Below, piece by piece: positions 51,941 through 64,000 of a DNA stretch of 64,000 nt (positions are counted from its first letter, which is position 1; every line of letters starts with the position of its first letter). The notes under the pieces are model-generated. The model saw only the letters and a program-made list of their open reading frames with translations. It was not told the origin of the DNA and searched no databases. The DNA comes from Callorhinchus milii. Taxonomy: Eukaryota. Both the position numbers and the translations under genes were made by a program. The DNA lies in contig NW_024704743.1 in the NCBI RefSeq assembly GCF_018977255.1, forward strand, positions 46,378,001-46,442,000. Direction: 5' to 3'.

Positions 51941-52470
51941 ATTAAACTATAATTAAAACTTAGTCCTGGTATTTGATAATAGTACTTTTAACATTAAAAC
52001 ATCTCAAAATGCTTCACAGGTAAGGGTGAGGGATAAGGTGACATTAGGTGGGTCAAAGAGGTAGGATTTAACAATAGGAGTGCCAATGATTATGCTTTTA
52101 ATTAGAGGGAGAACCGATTACCAATTTATGGTATGGGGAAGGTAACCATGGGTAGGGTTGAAGAGGAAAGTATTAAGATAGGATAGTGAGGTAGAGGGAG
52201 CTTCAGCATCCACTTGAACCAGCAAATGGGATTGGATGTTTCATCCAATCATATAGTGCTCCCCCAGCACTGTACCAGAGTATCAGCTTAGAATGTCAGC
52301 TCAAACACCCACCCCCTGGGGCTTGAACCCATAATCATCTGCCCCAAATACAGGAAATATAAAATTGCACATAAAACCTCACAGATATTTCCCTTCTCTG
52401 CCTCAAATCAAATTGTGCTTTCTTGTGCACATATTGTGCTCTGAGGCAGTACTGCTCTGACAGATTCATG

Positions 52471-52660
52471 TGGCGTTCTGTAGCTCAATGGTTAGAACAC
52501 TCGCCTCGCAAGCGAGAGACCTAGGTTCGATTCCCAGCAGGGCAAAATGCTGGGCAAGCTTTCTTACTCCACACGGCTGTTTACCTAGCAGTAAAGTAGG
52601 AACCTGGTTGTTAGTCGATTAGTGGATCGCTTTTCCGGGGATAATAATTCCTGTAAGAAG
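52471..52660 (+). mobile_element. Long-form family A SINE, 5' half
   Basis: tRNA head plus extra segment gctgtttacctagcagtaaagtaggaacctggttgttagtcgattagtggatcgcttttccgggg. Confidence 0.88.
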
Positions 52661-54920
52661 TAATCATTTTTTACTGGGAAATAAAGAAAAACAAATTTGT
52701 ATCCTTATACCACCTACGCAACAACAACAAATTGCATTTATATAGCGCCCTTCATGTTGGGAAGACCTCCCAAGGCACTGTCATGTCAATATATTTCTAA
52801 AGTAATCCGAAAGAAATTACTGTCAAGTATAGTGACGGTTATCTTTTGAAGTGCTTTCACTGAGCTCTTCTCCCAGGCACTCCAGTTGAGACTGAAAAGT
52901 CCCCACAAGGGGATCATGAGTAAAGACGCAGGTCCTCCCACTTGGTGGTGCAGTGAGTAAATGCACCAAGGCACTGTGCCATTGGGTTCACTGTTAACAT
53001 GAGCCTCTTGTTTTCTGGCAGAAGGATAAAGAGATAGTAGGCGTGATTGAAAATGTTTCCACATCGTCCTGCTTTTCAGTCACATCTGGAAAGCAAAATA
53101 TCTGAAGAAATCTCTTGTGACTGGAATGGGAGGAAGTAGAGAGAAATTGTTCTGCATTCAAAGAAACAGAATAATGGAAATAATGTTTACTGAATAGCAT
53201 TCATTGAGTAGGGGTGCCTATGATAATGTTATTGATGTATTACAGAGGTGAGACTCACTACCAATTTATCTTGCAAATATATGAAGTGCAAGGCAGATTC
53301 AAAGTGTGATTTATAGATTTAATAGCAATATGAATATTCTAAAGTCAGTTATTTTTATTATGTTTTGAAATATTTGTTCATGGTAAGTTGAAAAAACATC
53401 GCCTTAGGAGTTATTTAAAATACATGATCTTTGCTCTTGAGTGCATCACCTAATAAAAGGATTGATTTATTGATTTATATAATTTAAAGCCACACCAAAT
53501 GTTGAGGGCACTTAAACATACATTACAATAGAGTCCCTCTACTTTACACAAAAGAATGATTTCAAAGAAGTTACAATAATAACTTCCTTTGCGTTCTAAC
53601 ATTTGCTAAACTTGTAACTTGTTTTTCCACCATACAGTAGACGTAAACATTTCCTTTTGTTTTTTCCTTTTTTATCTTAATTTTGAAGCAAAACATTGAT
53701 TTCAGAAAGCTGACATGGTGCGCTGAACTATCTCCTTCTCCACTGCAAACATCTTGAGGTTCTATAAGCTCTGCACATACACGTAATAAATTTACAGCAC
53801 AATTGTTTCACTGGATTTTGTTCTGCACAGAAACAAATGAGAAATGACGTGTAACAAACTATAGCCTCGTAGATCTGTAGCAATGCTTCTAACATAAGAT
53901 GGTAAAATGTGACATTGTGTCTTGGTAACATGACACCTCCTGTCTTATCTAAATGCAAGTATAAAAATAATCACTACTCCTTGCATTTGGTATAGCGCCT
54001 TTCACATTGGGAGGACATCCCAAAGCGCTTCACACTATGAAGGGGAGTTATTTGAAGGCGATCATACCAATCCAATTGCACACAACGAAGTCCCACAATC
54101 AGTACAGATTGAACCAGGACTATGGCATGAGGAAAGAAGTTGAAATGAGTACTTAGAAGAATTGTTAACCGAATTCTAGGTTTCTGTGCTTTACACTTGA
54201 ACTTTTTCTCTCCTGAAAGCCCACTCATATTCATGATTCGAACTAAGCACAATAGACTTGCCTGGAAGTTGTCCAAATTGTACTCTTGTCCAATTCCTGA
54301 AAGAGAAGTTACTTATGGCAACCAGACACAATTAACTTGAGGGTATTATTAAACTGCAATGTTATTTGGCATTACTTCAAAATCAATTATGGGGTAAATA
54401 TTTCTTATTTGCTGATGATGATATTTGTTGCACGGCATATGCGGGGAACAGCCATGCATTTAACCAGTTCAGACGTTTCAGTCCAAATCCAATGAGACAA
54501 TAGATGAAAGGAATAGACCAGATGATTCCTCCACAGTTTTGTAACATATTTTCTCTGCAGCTTGCCCTTCTCTTGTACCAACACCTTTCCCTGACCTAGA
54601 GGATAGGGAAACAATCTGCCCCTAGACATGTGCTGTTGTGGCTTTGAAGTCAACTGCTGAAGATTGCTTAAGGATAACAGAGGTCAACTCATCTTCCAAT
54701 AATTATTCTCTTCCTCTGCTCAAGGGCCTTGGATTCAGACAACATTTAATCACATACAGTCCTCTGCAGTTGGGAATACAACCTAGTACAAAGAATGTAT
54801 CGCTCAGAAACAAGCCGCTTGGCCCAACCAGTCCGTGCCGGTGTTTACATTGCACAAGAGTCTTCACCCACTCCTTATTCCCACCCAAACTCTTCTATTC
54901 CCCTCTTCCTCATGTGAAGA

Positions 54921-54994
54921 TGTATTGTAATTGTATTGGATTATATTCAAAGTCTTTGTAAACTTGGAATACTATCCAATACAATTACAATACA
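54921..54994. repeat. 74-bp inverted repeat (hairpin)
   Basis: Perfect 21-bp outer arms (tgtattgtaattgtattggat / atccaatacaattacaataca), a 12-bp inner stem matching 10/12 and an 8-nt loop. Confidence 0.95.
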
Positions 54995-56304
54995 GCTCTC
55001 ATTTACATTCACATTGAAAGGATGTGTTGAAGCGTTTTACGCAGCTAGTTGGACACCGAAAACTAGGGGATCCGGGGAGGGAGACGAACATTAGTGGGGA
55101 GAGAGGTTGTGAGGCAGAGTATGATGCAGAATTATGCAAAACACTTCTTGCCTTGGTGGCATGTCAACATGGTGTGCCACAGGATTCCCCAGAGCCTATG
55201 AGGTGCACAATGCAGTAAGCGATGTGATAACTAACACCAAAGAAGTTGAGTCAGTATTCCCCGAACTGACCCCAAATTGCTGGAATCTGCACAGTGACAG
55301 TTTTAGCAGTGTTCTTGGCTAGCTCAATGGCAGCAGCAACCATCTTTGGGCAAAACCATTTAAATAAAGCCAGAGGGAGGGGATGTCCAGTCACAACAGT
55401 TATTGACTGGAACATTGCTGTGATGGAATATCCCACAAAGTGATCATATCACATGCTGCATTTTTCACCCCTATATGTTTATTAAACTGTCATATAACTA
55501 AGCTTAGTTGTTTCGTAAACATATTACTAAAACAGTAATATGTTTTACTACTGTCTAATAAAAGCAATAGCTGGACATTTATAGGCAATCAGTTTGCTGC
55601 GACACTGGGCTCCCCATTGAGAAAGGTTTGCATTTCTCTCCTTGCTGATCACTGGCAGAAAACTGCGCTCCTCGCAAATGCCAGCAAACAAAAAGCAGTT
55701 GACTGTGAAGTTTATCAAAAGTTTATTCCGTATATGTTAAAAACAGCACAGTTAGATCCTTCTCAGGCATTGTTATGTGCTGTGCTGAGATATAATTCAT
55801 TTTCAACACCAGCAGATTATTGAGCACAGAGTTAAAGAGGCAACGAGTTACTACAAGGGCAGGTCTTCTGTTTTTCATGACCTTGGTTATAACACAATCT
55901 CTGTGTAACACATTACTTGGCTGTTTTCCAATTGGTGCATTAAGGTGACTTCACTGGTTTCATTGCATGTTCTATGTAGTTTGTACACTTAATAGAAATG
56001 AAAAGTGTTGCCCTAGCTATCGCATTACAATCAGTTCAAGAATGTGATCAATAATACTTAATGCTTTCATCTACTAATATCAATACACTAAAGCGCACAA
56101 TAAGGCTCAATCTGAACATTTAGCTAAATATGCCAGACCATAATACTCACCATTGTGCAGTTCTTCAACTTCCCAAAAAATCAGAAGTGTGAAATTTGGG
56201 GGTAGGGGAGGGGGATCTGTGAATGGTCAAATTTTACCTCCTGTTGTCCATCATTTAATGGATGTGGCTAAAAAACCCAGTTGAACAAGCAGTGGGAATC
56301 TTAC

Positions 56305-56560
56305 CACACAGAGTTTTAGCCGGTTAAACTCCAACAGTACCCCCAATGCACAGGCTAGATACCCAGCCCTTGACTCAATCCAGCTGGTGCCTACACTATT
56401 ACCATCCAGAATTAAGTAAGCAAGATGTGTCGCTCTATTGTGTACCATCCATTATAGACACAAGTAAATTTCCATGTGTAGGTGGCATAAATATATGGAA
56501 CTCTGTCTGGTTTGGATACTTTTAAGAATGATGACACATGCAGACACGGGACTGAAAAAA
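56305..56560 (-). repeat. Family X repeat
   Basis: ttttagccggttaaactccaacagta, gaattaagtaagca, ggaactctgtctggtttggatact. Confidence 0.65.
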
Positions 56561-57304
56561 ACTAGTTAACTTACCATACATGATTGGCATAATTTTTTGC
56601 TATGTTTTTTCTCTGTGAGTGAACTTTAAATGGCCCTATTGTTGAAGAACTGAGGGCTGCGCTGAAAGGGTTATGATCCACTTTTTTATCTGAGGATCTT
56701 AGACAAAATTTGTTCTGTACTAATAGTTTCCAGTTACTCATTAAAATCTTTTATCTGAGTCTAGTAGTGGAACGACAACAAAGCCAGACTTGATTCACTG
56801 TCACCTTTCTGAAGAAAGTACTTTTATGAATGGAGTCGTTTCAGAGTATGACCCCCTAAGTTGTTATCTATGTCAGCATTGAACACTATGACGGAAGTAT
56901 CCTCCATGAATCTCTGGACTATGACACAGTTTTAATGCAATCGGATTTGTATGACTTTTGTAAGAGACGAATACACAGCTTGCAAAATGTGTCAGCAGTT
57001 TGTAAAGCAATTTGCTGTCACTGCCTACACAGTGCTGATGCAGAATAACTAGAAGCAAGACTTACAGGAACTCTTGGTGCTGCGCAAATTCATACTTTCT
57101 CCCAATTAGTTGAATGTGTTTTCTGAGCACCAATTCAGAATTTACTGCACATTGCCCCTATGGTGATTTTAATGTCATGGAATATTAGACTCTGTTTACA
57201 GAAACTTTCCAGAATTAATGCAGTTTATTTCTTCATACCACATTAGTGTTAACCTTGGAGTATTGCCGATCGGTTCCCTATTTATCTCCTTGCCTTCTGG
57301 GCCA

Positions 57305-57600
57305 TAGGTGTTTGTCCTTCAGATGAGACATTAAACTGAGGTCCCATTTGCCTGTTCAACAGAATGTTAAAGATCCCATAGCACCATTTGGAAAGGGAAG
57401 GAAGTTTCTCCCAGTGTCCTAGTCAATAATCCCTCAAACAAAATTGGTCGTTTACTTCATAGCTGTTTGTGGGACATTGCTGTGTATAAATGGTTCGCCG
57501 TGTTTGCCTACAAACATAAAATCACAGCACTCTACAATATATCCTGTGAAGTGCTTTGAGACAGCCTTCTGGCATGAAAGAACCTATGTCAAATTTAATG
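57305..57600 (+). mobile_element. Old Deu-domain SINE
   Basis: cagatgagacattaaactgaggtccc...aaagatcccatagcacc...gctgtttgtgggacattgctg. Confidence 0.8.
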
Positions 57601-58779
57601 ATGATGGTTATTCTTATTAATAATAATTATTATTATCGGGTGCACTCACTCTGATAGACCACCAGAAATCTGACACACACATTCTATCGCATATCATTCC
57701 TTCCTCCTCATCCAGTAGACAGCGAGGGATTGTTCACTTGCAATTCAGGAGATTCTGTTCTTCCCTATTAGATCACTAGGGACTGGATGTATCTAGATGT
57801 ACACAACTGCACAATCCATTGAACTGGAGAGATCAGATGCACTATTCACATCCCTTCTCTCTACTCAATTCCAAATAATTAGTCAAAATTACTATTTGAC
57901 CTCATAAAGCCATCTTGTTATTGGTGGGAGCAATGTTTAGTGGTGTAGTGAATGAAAGATGCAGAAAATGATACCAGCTCCAGTAATTTGTGAATGCTAT
58001 TCATTGCACCATCTTCCTCAGGCATGTCCTCCAGCTCAGTCACATCTGTCAAAACATGGAACAGAATGTCTCAAATGACACTATAGCAGGACACCAAAAA
58101 TGACACATGGGCAGAATCGTATCTTGGTCCATTTAATATTACAAAATGGAAATTACAATCACAACTAACAGCCTGCTGATTTTTTTGCCAAAATTAGTAT
58201 TTTGATTTGAAATTACATTATTTTATATTCTGGGTAAGATAGAATTGGGATCCATCCCAAATCTCAAATGATCCTATATTCTGTTGCTCAGCCTTCATAA
58301 ATACAGACTTTATGGTTACACACACACATACCAAGAAAATTGGAGATTATGAACAGATCATCAGCCTTTTTTTAATGTTCAGCAGTGTATATTTTATTGG
58401 ATGAATGGGGGAAAAGATTAGTCACACAAACTTTCAAAGGCTCAGGGGCTCATCGACTGATTTTCTTTTCAAACACTATACAGTATTTGTATTTTCCATT
58501 AGTCAGAAAAGGTCCAGCTTGTCAACAACTAATGATTTTACAAGGACTAGGATTCAGTAAACATATAGGTCCTGAATGCCCTCTTACACTGCATATTAAT
58601 ATTCTACCCAGATAGCAGTATACAATCCGCCACACCATAGCTTCCCAATCTTATTGGACTACTTGGAACAAAGTGCCGGTTGAATTTCAAGCATTTACCC
58701 AGAGGGGGAGAATAAGTTTTAGAAGACAATATATCAGCTTTTATCTTTATCTGATTATCACCTATGAAAGTGAATGCGC

Positions 58780-58997
58780 CTCCACACGCCTGTTAATAAT
58801 CCCTCAAGAAAAAAACAATAATAAATTGGTAATTTCAATCCATGACTGTATATGGGACATTGCTGTGTGCAATTGGCTTCTGCATTTTGCCCACAAATAT
58901 ACAGTCAATTCACTTTGCAGTATATTCTGTGAAGCGCTTTGAGATGTCTAGAAGATGTAAAAAGCGCTATATCAAATGAAAGGTTATTATTATTATA
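58780..58997 (+). mobile_element. Family A SINE, 5'-truncated
   Basis: Begins at ctccacacgcc and ends in the tagaa-loop tail. Confidence 0.9.
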
Positions 58998-60499
58998 ATG
59001 CATATATGGTGATTGTTCTACTAACCCATATGGAGAGAGATTTGTGGCATTTCATAACAGATTCGATGTGATATTGGAAGAAACACAGGGAGAACCTAAG
59101 GGGAATGAAAAGTTGGAAAGTGAACAAAGCGTACCAAACAAAGTAGCAGACTTGTAATTAACCATCAAAATATACCAAAACAGGATGTTTAGTATATGGA
59201 GATTTTAACTGCATTCAACAAGCAGGAAGTGTTGCATCCGTATTCATCCCTGGCATTTTCATTAGGAATATATTATTGGTGTCTGGACAAGCAGGAAGCA
59301 TGCTGGTGACATCATCAGCACCCAAGCTTTGATGTGTCAGACAACAAAACATTTGGTAACAGTTGTTTCATGTATATCGAGGCAAGTGGGTGTAATACAT
59401 AACCACTGCTTGTAACTTCAGTGGAAAAATTCCTTTGTGTTTTTCCACTTGACCACCAAAGGATTGTGTAACAGTTTTAAAGTGCTGCCTGAGCGAAGGG
59501 TCCCGTCTGGTATAATCTCACCCTTGTTATTGGGCATTGACACTCAACATTGCTCCCTTTATATTCTTGACAATGTTCTATTTCTCTGAAAGGTATCAAT
59601 TCTTTTTTGATAATTTCACAGATATGAATCCTGTGACTAGCCTCCTGGTTTCCAGACACTTTACTGTGAGGGTGAGATTTCTATAGTAACATTGGCTGTA
59701 TTTGCATATGGTAATTTGTATGTGTGCTCACCACTTTCTGCATTGGCTGTCCAGTAAGTCTTATTCGTGGGCTTTGCTTCTTACAGTAATGAATGGATTG
59801 CTGTCCACTTGATTTTCTCAGCAGCTTTTGAGACATGTTTGGGCCAGTTCAGTTCCTGCCTCTTTCTGTCAGTGTAGCCCACTTTGGTAATTAAAGTTTC
59901 CCTGAACAAATGCAGTCAGTGCTTAGTTTGTATGGAAATCTTACAACTGCCCCTTAAGGCATTTGTATGGAAGAAAGGCTGGATAAAGACTATACATGCA
60001 GATTTGTGCAGCTGGATCTAAGCAGCTCCACCCACCTCTTTAAAATTTCTAACCATTTAAAATGTGATGCACAATCTACCCTGATGGCCTACTGGGTAAA
60101 TGCAGATGTATCACTGGGTAATAGAGGTTGCAGGTTTGAATCCCATTCTGTGCTGGTTTTGATATCAACCAGTTGTACTTGGTACCCCAGGTTAGGAAAG
60201 GGGGTTCAGGTTTCCACTTCTGACCACTATACCGAGGCTGGACAGCACATATTTGTGGCCTTTGGGTGAGGACAAGATCAACTGTGATATTCTTCACAGT
60301 TGAATGACTTGTTGACACCTGATATCAAGGTCACAGGGGAGGATTCGTCACTTGGCAAAGTTTAGGTTAAGAATTCCTTCTCATTGTTCAGTGCGAGGAG
60401 AAAAACGAGGGAAATTAATCTGGGGCTTGGAGACCTGGAAACCCATGTTTCTCATAGCCTCTATTTTCATCTTTCTGTAGATTCATAAAAGGGAGTTCA

Positions 60500-60720
60500 G
60501 AAGGAATATTGTTAGAGATCAGTGAAATTGTGGAACTCATTGCTGAGGTTGTAGTTGAAGCAAAAAGCATCAACGTATTTAAGAAAAAACTTTGCTAACA
60601 TGAGGGAATAGGGAATAGAGGGATATAGGAGAGGAGAATGGGAGGGGTGGAGGCTTTTGTCGAATATATACAGAGGCATGGACTAGGATAGGCTTAAGGC
60701 TTCCTTCCGTGCTATATGAA
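60500..60720 (+). mobile_element. CR1 3' end remnant
   Basis: gtgaaattgtggaactcattg...gttgaagcaaaaagcatcaacgtatttaag...cttccgtgct. Confidence 0.65.
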
Positions 60721-61289
60721 TCTTTGTAATACACTATATCCCTGAAATCAAAAGCAATATAGGCGTTCACAGTTCAAATAATTTTCCCCTTAAGAATGTT
60801 CTGTGAATGCAATCATCCAACCCATGTCTGCCCACTGTGGTGTGTCTCCCACACAAACCAACTACCTTCCCTGCATACTTTTTTCTTAAAGAGACTGAAT
60901 TGAGCTGTTGGTTGACTGTTCTACAGTCTCCAAGCATGAAAATAACTCATTTTAATCTCATTAGTCACCTTGCTTTTTCTTTGCTCTAAATTGATGTTTA
61001 TGGAGAGTGAGGAATTGTTTACTTCCAGATTATTTTCTTGATCGAAGAGCAAAATTCTTAGGGGGATTTTCAGACTATGTGTGTGAAAAAAAAATCACAG
61101 AGTTTCATCGAACCGACAAAATCTAATCTTTGGGATGCAAAATACCCAGCTGCTCTGCATTCCTTTTTATAATCTGTTGAATTATCCTTTAGCTGCATTT
61201 GTAGAGTTTTTGTTTTATGCCTACGTTGCAATGTGCACAACATTGTCAGAGGAACTCTGGATCAAAGTTGAGGCTTTTCTTTCTTGAGT

Positions 61290-61520
61290 AACATAGAGAA
61301 GGAAGTTTCTCCCATTGTCCTGCCCAAGAATCCCCCAAATAAAATTGGTCACTTACTCCATGGCTGTTGTGTGACATTGCTGTGCGCAAAATTCGCTGCC
61401 TTGTCTATACACAAAATACGCACAGTCACATCACTTTACAGTAAATCCTTGAAGAGCTTTGAGATATCTCAGCGACATGAAAAAGCACAATATTAAATGT
61501 AAAGATTATTATTACTGTAT
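61290..61520 (+). mobile_element. Old Deu-type SINE 3' half
   Basis: aaattggtcactt...gacattgctgtgcgcaaa followed by tail. Confidence 0.78.
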
Positions 61521-62039
61521 TATTATAAAGAAGTGTACTCCACTCAGTGGGATTCTGTCAGAGAGGTTGAGTTGCTGGTACAATTGATACAATAGAAATT
61601 ACAATACAATGCAAATTTTGTTAAAAAGGGAAATTTCTACAAGCCGATAAGGATTTTATAGAAAATGATGGAAATGTTGTGCAAGCTCTAGGTAAAACTT
61701 CAAATATATTTTTGTCATTCATTAAATCGAAAACAGTTATAGAAAGAAATAATGTAAAGCAGTTCAAAACTTTTAACACATGTTACTCTACCAGCATTTA
61801 GTATTTCCAAGATAATGTACCTAAGAACAAAACATTTTCCATCACTATTGACAATATGAATGAGAAGACTTTGGGGTATATTTGCGAGTAATTTATCTCA
61901 TGACATCTTTCAACATGATTTCTTAACAGTTATTCCCTAATCCTGCTTAAAAACGTTCAAATATTCAGTAGCAACTGAAGCAAAGGTAATGCTTTAAATG
62001 CTTGAGATTTCAGTTGTGCTTTACCTTCCTAAGCATACC

Positions 62040-62415
62040 TTGAATGCCTGGAACAGGTAACAGAAGATATGTTTGGTTTTCATGCGTGAAGTTTCCATCT
62101 ACATCACCTTCACATCACTGGCATGCAATCCGAAGTCTTAAAAACAGAGCATTCACCCTTCAGTGAAGAAATCTAATAATTTTTCTTTGAGGTTCACTTT
62201 GAAGTAGAGGCAACTGAAGTGAGAAATCTGTTTCTGCAGATTGGTTGAGTGATCAGTTTGAATGCTTTAAGAAGTCTCCCTTCCACAAATCTGTCATACT
62301 GTCTTTCAACCATCTTTTCATATGTCGGTCAGTATGAACTGCAGCTTCATCCATGACTATCTTGGTGTCCAGCACAAGAAGGTCATTATGTTCCTCATTA
62401 AAGGGGGCTGTCATG
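62040..62415 (-). pseudogene. Decayed DNA-transposon transposase fragment, Academ-like
   Basis: Joining frames by eye gives PFNEEHNDLLVLDTK...QYDRFVEGRL...ITQPICRNR...SLKGECSVF...IACQ*CEGDVDGNFTHENQ, in the order I recall for Academ transposases. Confidence 0.6.
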
Positions 62416-62454
62416 TTTCTCAATGGCAGACACATGGGAAGACTATGGCCTTCA

Positions 62455-62720
62455 TCAGCCAAGTTTCTAACACATCAAAGAAAACCATCACTATGCTTAG
62501 GAGTATCCAAACCAAACTACTGATAGTTCTACGTATGCATGGAAAAATCAGTTTGTCTGGAATGAGATACTGACTCTCTCTCTCTGCCTCTCTGAAGGAA
62601 CGAGCTCTGCTCACCTAAAGCTGGCATGTTTTTGAGTGGGAGTAATCCTTGCACCCAGTGACTGGTCTGGCCCTTTAGGAGTCCTGCTGATGAGCCAGGC
62701 TAACTGGTCCAGTTCTGCAG
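62455..62720 (+). repeat. Family X repeat with a hammerhead-like half-core
   Basis: catcactatgcttaggagtatccaaacc, catggaaa, tgctcacctaa, then ctgCTGATGAgccaggctaactgg. Confidence 0.6.
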
Positions 62721-64000
62721 AGTAATGCATATGTGGCTGGCTCAGGAACGTGTCTACCGAAATCAGCACTCAGGATCATCCCAATTGCCAGTCAAGTCAT
62801 CTAAGTCCAAAAGAGCATGTTCTTCCCTCCCAACAAAGAAGATAGCAGGAAAACTGTACAATGTATCTTGTTCATTATTGTATCTCTGTCATTGCCATAA
62901 ATTCTGTGTTTTTACTGAATGCCACATTTTGGATGACATTATCTTTTGAAGTGTGGGTGCTAGTTTAGGGCACTGATGCCCCCATGCTACGAGAGCATTC
63001 GTACCCCCAAAGTACTGTGCCATGCTGAGCATGATATTTACCATATTCCAAATATCAGTTCCAAATTTAATCTGTGCTGTCAACCTGAAGGACTGCACTG
63101 AAACCCAATAGGTGGGAGAGGATAACAATCAGGCCTATGATTAATCCCGTGGGAGAATTTCATGCTGTCAAAATACTTCAGAAAAGCTTTCTCGGTGTTT
63201 GGATAAAATAGAATCACCACTACAAACATAAATTATAAACACGCTTATTATAACACCTTGAGCTATATTGAGGAGGGCTTTGAATTAGTTTCATTAAGTC
63301 AAAGTAAATTAAAGAATGATAACCCTAACATGTGAAAAAGACTGTGATAAAAAAAGTGTTGACAGACATTTGAGTTTTAGTTTTGAGGGAAGGGGAGTTT
63401 CTGGGAAGCTTCTGCTTTGAGACCGACTGAGCGTTTCCTCAGAAGTTATTATTATTGTTTAAATTGAGTCCCAGTTAAGCCTTTGAGAACGGACTATCCA
63501 AATACAAATGAAGTGTCATTGGCCAAGAGGACATTTTTCCTGAATGAGCTGAGTATCAAGGGAAATGACTTTGACGTTTCAGATCCTTTGATTTCCTCCC
63601 TAGAAGATATCTCCACAGCTGGAAATAACCACTCCATTGGGCCTGGAGCCAATGATTATAGGAATCCAAAGATTAAAAGAAGCATCGAAAGTAAATGGCC
63701 TGTTTTACAAATGTTGTGCATTCACTTTACAACTTCTGAACTATTGATAAGGACCCGTCGGCTGGAAAATAAAGTGGAGGAAAAAGTATGAATGTTGATC
63801 AGCTTTACCTGGGTCATAACTTTAGGTCAACTTTCTCTCCACCATTGCTTCTTACTTTATTCTCCAGAATATTTTCATTGTGTTAATTGTTACTGTTAAG
63901 ATAATTCTCATTACTCTCCTTTGCACTGCCTCTAGGTCCTGAGTAACATCTTTCTGTCGTGGCGACCATGGCTGTATTTGGTACACTAAGCTCAGAGGCT

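Noticed and set aside
62720..63128. Extension of the Academ transposase
   Set aside because: No convincing motifs, and the intervening segment belongs to family X on the opposite strand.

Overview
Vertebrate genomic DNA. The repeat content (tRNA-headed and Deu-type SINEs, L2 and CR1 LINEs) suggests a cartilaginous fish, possibly a chimaera; this is inference only. The window is almost entirely intronic. The only host coding sequence I can support is one 59-bp + strand exon (33752-33810, YGKIVSTKAILDKNTNQCKG) from RRM1 of an RBMS-family gene, best matching RBMS3. I saw no other RBMS exon, so both flanking introns appear to exceed 30 kb. The rest is a mosaic of young tRNA-Ala-headed SINEs, older Deu-type SINEs, 5'-truncated L2 and CR1 LINEs, MITE-like foldbacks, an Academ-like transposase fossil and unclassified repeats. 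I found no new protein-coding system. The best leads act at the RNA level: near-identical inverted SINEs bracketing the exon, a candidate recursive splice site, candidate poison microexons, a 74-nt hairpin, a SINE/L2 3' stem-loop with a compensatory change and swapped loop, and an unclassified repeat family with a hammerhead-like half-core. Repeat boundaries were read by eye and are approximate.
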